Shown here: positions 1 to 8,302 of the stretch, piece by piece
How positions within the stretch are numbered: the first letter of the stretch is position 1
Layout of the letters: each line of letters opens with the position of its first letter
Source of the DNA: Desulfomonilia bacterium
GTDB taxonomy: Bacteria > Desulfobacterota > Desulfomonilia > UBA1062
Length of the DNA stretch: 64,000 nucleotides
Reading direction: 5' to 3'
NCBI GenBank assembly: GCA_963664325.2
Contig: CAXXDQ010000008.1
Location: 224,001 to 288,000 of the forward strand
The notes under the pieces: model-generated
The model's database searches: none
The model's input: the letters and a program-made list of their open reading frames with translations, nothing else
Told to the model about the DNA's origin: nothing
Position numbers and translations under genes: made by a program

Positions 1-549
1 TTGCGCGATATTCCATATCATGGAAAATCATATTTCAAGATATATTATGACGTGATTATAAACAATCCGCTTGAAGGTGAGGAGTCCTTTGCGGAAAGTC
101 TGGAACTTATGCTGGCGCTTCCCAAGGGTTTCGTACTCAACGCCTTCCATCTCACATTCTTTCCAAACTATCTTATCACAAAGGATTTTTTGTCCCGCGG
201 ACTCATCAGCGGTCAGGATATAGAAGGGGCTACTGATTCATCCAAGAGTCTGGATTGGATCGTAACCTTCAACAAGGACGTGCAGGATGGCCCCATGCAG
301 CTTCATATGTATCATTATCTTCTCTTCTCACTTGCGCAGTTCAGGATATTCCCGAACTCTCTGATAAGGCTTATTGCAAGACGAAAATGGTTCTATAACC
401 ATATGATGCGTCTATATCAGCTGTGCAGCATCGTCCGTCTGGTCGATCTTGCAATATGGCCGCAGAACTATCAATGGGCATGGGAAGTCCTGACTATTTT
501 GCCGGTTTCTTTACGAATAAGGAGGCGCTGTCTTGTACGACTCTCATGA
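1..549 (+). CDS. C-terminal part of a probable (B12-binding) radical SAM protein, truncated at the window edge
   Basis: YYDVIINNPLE...L..LPKGF.LNAFHLTFFPNY resembles the D-x-I-x-x-N-P-x-E ... F-x-L-x-x-F-P-G-T C-terminal motifs of B12-radical SAM enzymes. The CxxxCxxC motif lies outside the window. Confidence 0.5.
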   Translation: MRDIPYHGKSYFKIYYDVIINNPLEGEESFAESLELMLALPKGFVLNAFHLTFFPNYLITKDFLSRGLISGQDIEGATDSSKSLDWIVTFNKDVQDGPMQLHMYHYLLFSLAQFRIFPNSLIRLIARRKWFYNHMMRLYQLCSIVRLVDLAIWPQNYQWAWEVLTILPVSLRIRRRCLVRLS

Positions 550-1660
550 AAACATTCTTAAAGCGAACATTCCCCCGGGTAAAGCAGAAACAGGGCCTTC
601 CTGTTCCGACGGCTTTAAAGTAATCGAACAGCGTCAATTCGGTGCAATGAGGATGGAGGTTTTAAAAGGTGCCCTGTCGAACCCTACAGGCTCAAGACTG
701 CCGGACATGAGCAGGGCCATTCAGACACTCAAGTTCATGCACTTCGTTTTAGCGGAAAAATGGTGTGTGCCCGGTACATCCGATCCCTCAACGATCATGG
801 AAGGGCTTAAGCGCATGGGCCTTACTCTTGATGCTATCGGGACGGAATCTCTTGAGAACTATATTGACGGTGTAGGCTATTTCGAGCCGGAAGTCGATAC
901 GGATGAACAACAACACCATGTCAACATATGGTTTAATAATATGCTGACGACAACCATTAGGCTGCGCCCGTTAATTCTACCGGCCGATGCTGAACGGCAT
1001 AAGGGAAACGCCCTTGCCATACTCGAGAATATCCGTGGCAGCCTGTGCCTGTCGGGACCCTTTGCGGGAAACCTCAGAAATCTTAAAGACGATCAGGCAA
1101 AATATCTCCTGAACTGCGTACTTAACGGGCAGGTGGTGGAACTAACCAGTCTGGCTACTATTTTTGCAGCAGCAAGGGCCTGGCGCGACAAACTCCTAAA
1201 TCCGGCTGACGAATCCCATGCAAGGGAGAGCTGCCACAGGACAAAACAGCTCCTTTCGGGATATTTTAAATCAAGCTGGTCTTTCTATCTGCTTCAATAT
1301 GTGTTTGCACTGGTTGCAATCGAGACTTACCGTCTGGGAGGGAAAGTCTGTATAGGACCAATCGATAACAGCCAGATGGATATGTATATAGCAGCCCTGG
1401 GGAACGATTTTATTCCCAGACCCGACATCAACCTGCACAGTATCCTTGATGATCCCGATCATCAGCCCCTCGTCCTGGCCAAAGGACCGATGAACAGTTC
1501 CCTGCTCGAATTCATTCGTATCGATGACCGTGTCGTTGACATTAAATCCCGGCCTGATCCGGGCACAATGGCCGTTTTATGTTTTCCTGTTCACGCCCGG
1601 GCTCTGGCCAATGCCATATATTGTCTGGACCGTATGGAGCACGCTCTGAAAAACAGCTGA
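533..1660 (+). CDS. hypothetical protein, possible LuxI/FeeM-like GNAT acyltransferase fold
   Basis: 375-aa ORF with AGGAGG 7 nt before the TTG start; overlaps the upstream stop. LKFMHFVLAEKWCVP, EVDTD..HH...TTIRLRP and VVELTSLA echo LuxI-family motifs. Confidence 0.55.
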   Translation: MYDSHENILKANIPPGKAETGPSCSDGFKVIEQRQFGAMRMEVLKGALSNPTGSRLPDMSRAIQTLKFMHFVLAEKWCVPGTSDPSTIMEGLKRMGLTLDAIGTESLENYIDGVGYFEPEVDTDEQQHHVNIWFNNMLTTTIRLRPLILPADAERHKGNALAILENIRGSLCLSGPFAGNLRNLKDDQAKYLLNCVLNGQVVELTSLATIFAAARAWRDKLLNPADESHARESCHRTKQLLSGYFKSSWSFYLLQYVFALVAIETYRLGGKVCIGPIDNSQMDMYIAALGNDFIPRPDINLHSILDDPDHQPLVLAKGPMNSSLLEFIRIDDRVVDIKSRPDPGTMAVLCFPVHARALANAIYCLDRMEHALKNS

Positions 1661-1778
1661 CCTCGAAAGATTGCAGTCATCATCAGTCAGGTTTAAGAGG
1701 TGATAACAGATTGTTCGTTATTAAATATGCCTTAAACTAAATACGGATATTCATTTTTGATAAGAGCTGTAATTACTA

Positions 1779-3062
1779 TTAGAATACGGTAAAATAGCCT
1801 TTATTCGCCGTCTTTAAGTCGTTCCAGAGTGCGTCTGTCTTTGATTCTTCAGGGCCGAGAGGATGGATAAGCATGGCCTGCTTGATAAGGTTTTCATTTT
1901 TTGCAAGATGACCTTCTATTGTCAGGCGTTCATAGTTTTTGATTGTGCTGATAAGGCCGATGGTCGGTTTTGCGGCCTTGCCGAGCGGGATGGCGACCGG
2001 GCCTGATGAAGTCAGTTTTGCAGGGATTTCCATTATATAATCATCAGGGAAATCTTCGATCGTGCCGTTATTGCGCGTATTGATTATATGTGTACGGCCG
2101 TCGTTCGTGACGATGCTCCTGATAAGTTCCGTTGCCACTGTCGAATACATGAAGCCGCCGCGCTTTGACAGCTCTTCAGGCGGTTTGGTTCGTCCGGGCT
2201 GTGAATAGAGCACGAGCAGTTCTTCTTCTATTTTGAGTATCTGTTGCCCCCTGGTGCCTTTTGATGACCTGTCCTTAATCTGGCTTTTGAGCATCTGTGA
2301 GGTGTTGTAGTAATAACGCAGATAGGGGTTGGGCAGCATCTTTAGCATGGGGATGAAATTTTCGCCGTATTCAAGGTCAGGTATGTTCTTCATGTTCACT
2401 CGGATGTTTTCCATAACCTCTTTGGTCCTGTCCTTACCGGAAACGAAAATCCTGTCCACCCAGGCTAGGTGATTAAGGCCATAATAGCGCAGAAGCAGTT
2501 CGTTTTCCGGGCAATTCAGCGCTATGCACGCCTGCAATATAAATTCGACAGGACAATTGCACAGACCGACACATTTCTCATAGCCAAGGAAATTGACAAT
2601 AAACTCGGTCATCATGCCCGAGGGATTGGTAAAATTAATAATCCAGGCATTGTTCGAGAGTTTTCTGGCAAGGTCTGTATATTTTTCCATTACTGGCATT
2701 GCCCTGAGCCCGTTGGCCATACCCCCCATGCCGGTTGTTTCCTGACCCGGAAGCCCGTATTCAAGAGGGATCTTTTCGTCATTTATGCGTCCCTGCATGC
2801 AGCCTGCACGGAACTGGTTGATTACGAAGTCGGCGCCCGTAACCGCTTCTTCTGCATTGTATGTTGATGAAAAGCGCGCCGTGCTTCCCGCAGCCTTCAG
2901 AATCCTTGAGGAAAATTCAGAAAGGATCTCGAACTTGTGCGCGCTTTCGGGAATATCCAGAAGACATATTTCGGTTACATCTGCCACTTCGGTAATCTTG
3001 ATCAGGCCTTCAATAAGCTCCGGCGTATATGTGCTGCCGCCGCCGATTATACATACCTTCAT
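1779..3062 (-). CDS. GH4 6-phospho-beta-glucosidase (BglT/LicH-like)
   Basis: GGGSTYTP NAD-binding motif, GQETTGMGG, FTNPSG, GLCN, GLNHL, RGG.MYS. Confidence 0.92.
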   Translation of the reverse strand: MKVCIIGGGSTYTPELIEGLIKITEVADVTEICLLDIPESAHKFEILSEFSSRILKAAGSTARFSSTYNAEEAVTGADFVINQFRAGCMQGRINDEKIPLEYGLPGQETTGMGGMANGLRAMPVMEKYTDLARKLSNNAWIINFTNPSGMMTEFIVNFLGYEKCVGLCNCPVEFILQACIALNCPENELLLRYYGLNHLAWVDRIFVSGKDRTKEVMENIRVNMKNIPDLEYGENFIPMLKMLPNPYLRYYYNTSQMLKSQIKDRSSKGTRGQQILKIEEELLVLYSQPGRTKPPEELSKRGGFMYSTVATELIRSIVTNDGRTHIINTRNNGTIEDFPDDYIMEIPAKLTSSGPVAIPLGKAAKPTIGLISTIKNYERLTIEGHLAKNENLIKQAMLIHPLGPEESKTDALWNDLKTANKGYFTVF

Positions 3063-4039
3063 GAGCTTTCCTTTTTAATGTATGTCTTTATCATGCGGTC
3101 GCTGATTTTCCTGGTCAGTATATGGCCGCTCTTTTCATATGCGTGGAACACGGCGCCCAGGACCGGGTCCCATTCTGGGACGACTATCTTAATTCTGTTT
3201 TTGTACTTCTGGTTAAGGCAAAGTTCGAGCATGTTCATAAAGGGCTGGTACTTCTGCTTGAAAACCGAACCGTCGAGCACAAGCTTGAAATTTTCGCCGG
3301 GCTTGAACAGGCCTCGGTGAAATTCATCAACTATGTGCAGGGTTTCCCTGACCAGCATCCATGTAATTTCGAGCGCCACACCGTCGCCCATGCGCGCCGC
3401 CTCGAAAAATATCTCGACCACCTTCTGTATGTTTTCCGGGAACAGAGGGACATTCTTTATGTCTTCAACCTCTTTTAAACAGAAAGCCCCGGTGATAAGC
3501 CTGCTGATAACGGTCGGACAGGCCCTGCCGTCCTCACCACGGATTGCGGCACGGCATACGAACATGGCGATGTTTACTGCGCCCAATGTGTCGCCGGTAT
3601 GGAATGAAAGCCCCCCGATGCGCTTCAGATCGCCTTTTGCATTCATTGCAAAATTGGTATTCGATGTGCCGTTGGTTACCAGCATGCCCACACCGTCGAT
3701 CGTACCGCTCTTGAGAGCTATATATCCGTCATTTTCAAAATCGAACGGGATGTTCGGAGTGACTTTCTTGTATACCTTGCGCAGCAGCTTGAAATCATCT
3801 GCGGTATCTGCGCCCGCGGCCCCGTAATAGATATATTTAATCTGCTCAAGTTTAATTCCAGCAGCATTCAGAACCTTGCCGATCCCTTCGGTAATTGCAG
3901 CCCCGGCGCCGTCTGGACCAAGGTTTTCATGGCTAGCGCCCACATCATAGACCGTAGCAACGATATTGCCTTCAGTGTCGGCAAGGGCGTATTGAGTTTT
4001 CGTATTCCCGATGTCCACTCCGAGAAGATACTGTTTCAT
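3059..4039 (-). CDS. BadF/BadG/BcrA/BcrD-type sugar kinase (GlcNAc kinase/BglK-like)
   Basis: GVDIGNTKT, GAAGAD, END, GTS, DGSVF ASKHA motifs; 4-nt overlap with the GH4 gene. Confidence 0.85.
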   Translation of the reverse strand: MKQYLLGVDIGNTKTQYALADTEGNIVATVYDVGASHENLGPDGAGAAITEGIGKVLNAAGIKLEQIKYIYYGAAGADTADDFKLLRKVYKKVTPNIPFDFENDGYIALKSGTIDGVGMLVTNGTSNTNFAMNAKGDLKRIGGLSFHTGDTLGAVNIAMFVCRAAIRGEDGRACPTVISRLITGAFCLKEVEDIKNVPLFPENIQKVVEIFFEAARMGDGVALEITWMLVRETLHIVDEFHRGLFKPGENFKLVLDGSVFKQKYQPFMNMLELCLNQKYKNRIKIVVPEWDPVLGAVFHAYEKSGHILTRKISDRMIKTYIKKESS

Positions 4040-5056
4040 TTAATCTCCATCCTGAAGATTTATTGCCCGGCCTGTCTCTGATGATTTGTAGCCGGCATCA
4101 ACTATGTTCATGATGGTTGTGCCTTCTGAGAGTCCGGGGAAAGGCGTTTTGCGGTTTCTTATGCAATCGATGAAATGTGTCATCTGGGTCGTGTAAATAC
4201 TCTGATCGCAATGCTCCAGCCTCGGCGGAAGCTCGGGTTTGAATTCGCCGAAAAGGAAGCCGTTTCTGAACTTGAGCTCGGTGGGGAACAGGCTCGCATA
4301 ACCCTCGCTGCCGTAAAGCCTTGTACCGGCTTCAGGCCCGTCCATATGAGGCTGCCACCAGCCGCTTTCGATGATTGATGTCACGCCGTTATCCCAGGTG
4401 ATCATCAGTATGCCGGTATCATCCACGTCGTAGTCTCCAAGATAAGTCCCTATTTTTGCATAGACCTGAACAGGCTTCGGGTCACCGAGTATATAACGGA
4501 CAGTGTCGATTGCATGAACGCCCATGTCGGCCAGCGCTCCTCCGCCAGCCAGTTTTTTCTGGCTGAACCAGCCGGCAGGGCCCCAGTTGACATGGATGCC
4601 GTAGCCTTTTGTCTTGAATATTTTGCCGATTTTGCCTGACTGGACTATATCCTTTATGTAGTTGACCTCAAGGTCGAAGCGCCACATATGGCCTACCATG
4701 ACAAGCTTTTTTGTCTTCTTTGAAACCTTTACTACTTCTTCCGCTTCGATAGTGTTGATTGCCAGAGGCTTTTCTACAAACACATCCTTGCCGTTTTTCA
4801 GACATTCAAGCGTGAAGGGTGCATGGAACCTGTTCGGGGTGGCTATCACAACGGCGTCGATGACGCTGCTTTTTGCTATTTTCATGGCATCATCGGTGAT
4901 ATCCTTTATCCCGTAAGTACCGGCAAACGCCTTTGCATTATCAAGGGGCAGGGCGCAGACAGACGCAAGCTCGACACCGGCGATCGCTTTAAGCCCGCGT
5001 GCATGGTAATGTGAAATAAAACCCGCTCCGATAAAACCCACTTTTATTCTTTTCAT
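4040..5056 (-). CDS. Gfo/Idh/MocA family NAD(P)-dependent oxidoreductase
   Basis: GFIGAGFI, ATPNRFH, VEKP, GGGALADMGVHAID. Confidence 0.92.
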   Translation of the reverse strand: MKRIKVGFIGAGFISHYHARGLKAIAGVELASVCALPLDNAKAFAGTYGIKDITDDAMKIAKSSVIDAVVIATPNRFHAPFTLECLKNGKDVFVEKPLAINTIEAEEVVKVSKKTKKLVMVGHMWRFDLEVNYIKDIVQSGKIGKIFKTKGYGIHVNWGPAGWFSQKKLAGGGALADMGVHAIDTVRYILGDPKPVQVYAKIGTYLGDYDVDDTGILMITWDNGVTSIIESGWWQPHMDGPEAGTRLYGSEGYASLFPTELKFRNGFLFGEFKPELPPRLEHCDQSIYTTQMTHFIDCIRNRKTPFPGLSEGTTIMNIVDAGYKSSETGRAINLQDGD

Positions 5057-5068
5057 ATCCGGCCTGCC

Positions 5069-6358
5069 TTAAGGTAGCGTTATGGCTGCATATTCATCCG
5101 CTGCCATCTGCACTTTATTTATTGCCGCTGCAATATCATCCATATCGGTCCCGGGTCCCATCAGTATCTTGTGATGGAAGGTAACGGCCGTCTCATTGAA
5201 AAGCTTTTCACAGACAGGAAGGCTGAATCTTGACGGATCTATGGCTTTCCAGTGCCTCTCGCTGATTTTATAGCGCCTCTTGGTATGAGGCCTGTAGAGC
5301 GTGCAGTCGTTGAGCGGCTGATAGCAGTCATCCACAACGCAGCCGAGTTCGCCCATCAGCGCCCAGCGGAATTTTTCCAGAGACAGGCCGTTAAATGCAT
5401 TCCTGTCATAGGTGAAGCCGAAATTGAAATAGGACTGCAGATCTATGCGGTCATCGCGCTTCTGGGGGACAATGCCGGGGATGTCTTTAAGCAGCGTGAT
5501 GAGATATTTATAGTTTTCATCGCGCCTTCTCGTCTGAGCCGGGAGCCTTTTAAGCTGGCATAAGAGGACTGCGGCCTGGAAATCGCTCAGGCGGTAGTTA
5601 CCCGATTGTATGAAGTCGCCCTCAAGCGTGTAGGTACCCGAACCCTTGTCGTCTATCGTGTGGGTCCCTTCGGGCCTTCTGCCGCAATTGCGCAGTGCAT
5701 CGAGCTTTGCCCAGAGCATGTCGTCATCTGTAGTCAGCGCACCGCCTTCGCCGGCCGTCATGACCTTGCTGAGCTGCATGCTGAAGCTGCCTATGTCTCC
5801 TATTGTTCCGGCTTTTTTGCCGCGCCAGACAGAACCGTGCTGATGCGCGCAGTCTTCGATAACTCTCAAACCGTGCTTTTTTGCTATCGCCATGATGGCG
5901 TCCATGTCAGCCATGCACCCGTAAAGATGAACCGGCATGATGGCCTTTGTGCGCTTGTTGATTGCAGCCTCGGCAGCTTTGGGGTTTATGCACCAAGAAT
6001 CGGGCTCCACATCGACCAGTATGGGGACTGCATTGACATCAAGGACAGCCGCGGCCGTTGCCTGCCAGGTCAGGCCGGGCACGATCACCTCGTCCCCGAA
6101 ACCGATATCGCATGCTTCCAGCGCCAGCTGCAGGGTAATGGTGCCGTTGGCTATAGCCAGTGCATACTTGCTGCCGTTGAACCGGGCAAATTCCTCGATG
6201 AAAGCCCTTTCCTTGGGGCCCATGTAGGACCAGACGCCGCTCTCAAGTACTTCGATAAGGCCTTTTTTTTCATCTTCGTCCCATACCGGCCAGTCCGGCC
6301 ATGGCTTCTTTTGAACATCCCGAACCGGAGCTCCTCCGTTGACTGCAAGTATACCCAT
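5069..6358 (-). CDS. DegT/DnrJ/EryC1/StrS PLP aminotransferase, scyllo-inosose/AHBA-synthase-like subgroup
   Basis: LAVNGGAPVR..WPDWP, NGT, GDEVIVP, PVHLYG, IEDCAH, FSMQLSK(PLP Lys)VMTAGEGG, NYRLSDFQAA, LYRPHTKRRY. Confidence 0.92.
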   Translation of the reverse strand: MGILAVNGGAPVRDVQKKPWPDWPVWDEDEKKGLIEVLESGVWSYMGPKERAFIEEFARFNGSKYALAIANGTITLQLALEACDIGFGDEVIVPGLTWQATAAAVLDVNAVPILVDVEPDSWCINPKAAEAAINKRTKAIMPVHLYGCMADMDAIMAIAKKHGLRVIEDCAHQHGSVWRGKKAGTIGDIGSFSMQLSKVMTAGEGGALTTDDDMLWAKLDALRNCGRRPEGTHTIDDKGSGTYTLEGDFIQSGNYRLSDFQAAVLLCQLKRLPAQTRRRDENYKYLITLLKDIPGIVPQKRDDRIDLQSYFNFGFTYDRNAFNGLSLEKFRWALMGELGCVVDDCYQPLNDCTLYRPHTKRRYKISERHWKAIDPSRFSLPVCEKLFNETAVTFHHKILMGPGTDMDDIAAAINKVQMAADEYAAITLP

Positions 6359-6407
6359 GTTTCATGCCCCCTGATATGCTTATTATATATTGAATACTGG
6401 AATTCTC

Positions 6408-6437
6408 AGAATATTACCGATGAGGATTAAAAGTCAA
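6408..6437 (-). promoter_or_regulatory. putative sigma70 promoter of the aminotransferase operon
   Basis: TTGACT-N18-TATTCT on the minus strand, about 50 nt upstream of the ATG. Confidence 0.4.
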
Positions 6438-6484
6438 TATTTGCATGAAAGAAAAGAAATCGAAAATATTTGATGAATCAAAAG

Positions 6485-6513
6485 AAAAAAGGCGGCATCC
6501 AGCCGCCTTTTTT
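6485..6513. terminator. bidirectional rho-independent terminator
   Basis: AAAAAA-GGCGGC-atcca-GCCGCC-TTTTTT, 21 nt downstream of the 6535 stop. Confidence 0.88.
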
Positions 6514-6534
6514 CAAGGCAGTCATTCTGCGATT

Positions 6535-8262
6535 CTATTTGTTGTTTGCTTTTCCGAATAAGATCAACGCCTCATCACAAATCGTTTTTGCCGCGTCAGG
6601 TCCTAAAGAATTTTCCTCACCGTATGGAGCGTGGGTGTAACCGTATGTATATGGTTCAATTTCATTCCATTCGGTCTTGGGAATGAGATATCCCAGATGG
6701 TCGTTCCCGAGATTCATCATCATGTTTACCTTGCCCTGCATCATCGGACGCAACGGCGTTTCAACCGGGCTTGATATGTCCGGCAGCAGGACCTTGTTGA
6801 ACAAACCATCGCTTTTTTTCTTTTTACCGTTATAATCCCTGTTTTCAGGTACGCCTATCGGTCCGGTTGCAATTTCGGGATACAGCTCGCCAGGAATAGT
6901 AAGAAGCCAGAGGTCTCCTATCGTTATAAGGTCCATTTCAGTCCATGTCTTGCTTGACCCGTCATCGGCAGTGTGGCCTTCCCTTTTCATGATACCTACA
7001 TTTCTGGCCAGCAGGAATTTCTGATTTTGAAACCCTATGTCGAATCTTTCAGTTACCACATTTATGGCCGGGTCCGCATTGAGTTCCATGTTCCCGTACT
7101 TGACTTCATCTATGATGATATCCGCGACTGCGTTTCCAAGCGCCCACGCCTTTTCAAAATTTTCAGGGCTGTCTATTGTCGCTTCCTCTTGGGATTTCGA
7201 ACCGTAATACAGTGTCCCGTCATAAAGGACACCCGTGGTTATATCAATTTCCTCAAATTGATTTTTTTCCCTGTTGAAAAAAAGCTCCGGTTCATATTCA
7301 GGCACGGTTATAACACCGACGTTACCGGTCAGATAGACGGTGTTACCGCCAAGCCTCTCATGCAGGGCATCACGTAGATAGCCTACAAAATCGGCCGAGA
7401 TCATCTGGTTTATTCTCCATATTGTCTCCACATGGTTGTCCCAGTTCACGATACTCCCGATAACGCTCTTGCCGTCCTTTGTCTTGAAGACCGCAAACCT
7501 GATGCCGTTGTCCATTATGTACGGAGGGCGCAAACGCGTTACCCCAAGTTCATTTGGCTGCTGGAGCTGATCTATGCCGGCGGTGTCCTGATCACTTAAA
7601 ATATCGACCTTTGACGGGTCAGGCAAGTCGAGCCTGTCTTTGTCCATTACCTGGCCTATGTACATGTCTGCAGGCGCCAGATTTTTTGACGCCTCCCTTA
7701 CAGACTGAATTGCCGCAGCCCTGAGGATATTCGAGAATATATCCACAGAACTTTCCATTATCCTGAAATGCAGAATGTCGTTGAGCCAGTCACCGATGAA
7801 GGACCACATCCCGGAGTTGTCAGGTACCTGATGGTTGTGCACGGAATGGACCATCAGATTGTCAATACCCAGAGACTGCACTGCATTCCGGATATATTCT
7901 GTGTCTTCATACCTTAAGCTGAATGCATCCAAAGAAATGATCGCCAGACGTTTTTCCCCGTTATCTATCACAATTGCATTCGCATAAATCGAATCGTGAA
8001 TTCCTGAAACAGGACGGACAATAGAAAATCCGGCCATCCAATAGCCTTTTACATTGTCATTGACGGTCAGTATCGGAACCTGCCCGAAACCCGCCCTGAG
8101 ACCGGTGTAAGTGTCCTCAGATGAAGGGTAGGGGTTGTCGTTCGTTTTTGGCTGGTATTGAGTTTGAGGCTGGTCATCGCTGCCGGAACTGCTGCAGCCG
8201 GTGCCCGCCAACATGGCAAATGAAAGTAAAATAAGAAGCAGAAAATAATATGGTCTGATCAT
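6535..8262 (-). CDS. neutral/alkaline ceramidase-like lipoprotein
   Basis: Lipobox-like GTGC; HDSIYANA, SVHNHQVPD, NHVE, ISADFVG, PGELYPE, LGNDHLGYLIP, YGEENSLG. Confidence 0.75.
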   Translation of the reverse strand: MIRPYYFLLLILLSFAMLAGTGCSSSGSDDQPQTQYQPKTNDNPYPSSEDTYTGLRAGFGQVPILTVNDNVKGYWMAGFSIVRPVSGIHDSIYANAIVIDNGEKRLAIISLDAFSLRYEDTEYIRNAVQSLGIDNLMVHSVHNHQVPDNSGMWSFIGDWLNDILHFRIMESSVDIFSNILRAAAIQSVREASKNLAPADMYIGQVMDKDRLDLPDPSKVDILSDQDTAGIDQLQQPNELGVTRLRPPYIMDNGIRFAVFKTKDGKSVIGSIVNWDNHVETIWRINQMISADFVGYLRDALHERLGGNTVYLTGNVGVITVPEYEPELFFNREKNQFEEIDITTGVLYDGTLYYGSKSQEEATIDSPENFEKAWALGNAVADIIIDEVKYGNMELNADPAINVVTERFDIGFQNQKFLLARNVGIMKREGHTADDGSSKTWTEMDLITIGDLWLLTIPGELYPEIATGPIGVPENRDYNGKKKKSDGLFNKVLLPDISSPVETPLRPMMQGKVNMMMNLGNDHLGYLIPKTEWNEIEPYTYGYTHAPYGEENSLGPDAAKTICDEALILFGKANNK

Positions 8263-8302
8263 ATCGTTCCTCCCTGAAGCCTTTCACAATATTGCTAAAT
8301 TT

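Noticed and set aside
4040-6358. Calling the operon ntdABC/kanosamine or aminoglycoside biosynthesis
   Set aside because: No NtdB/RifM-like HAD phosphatase, DOI synthase, glycosyltransferase or resistance gene is in the operon.
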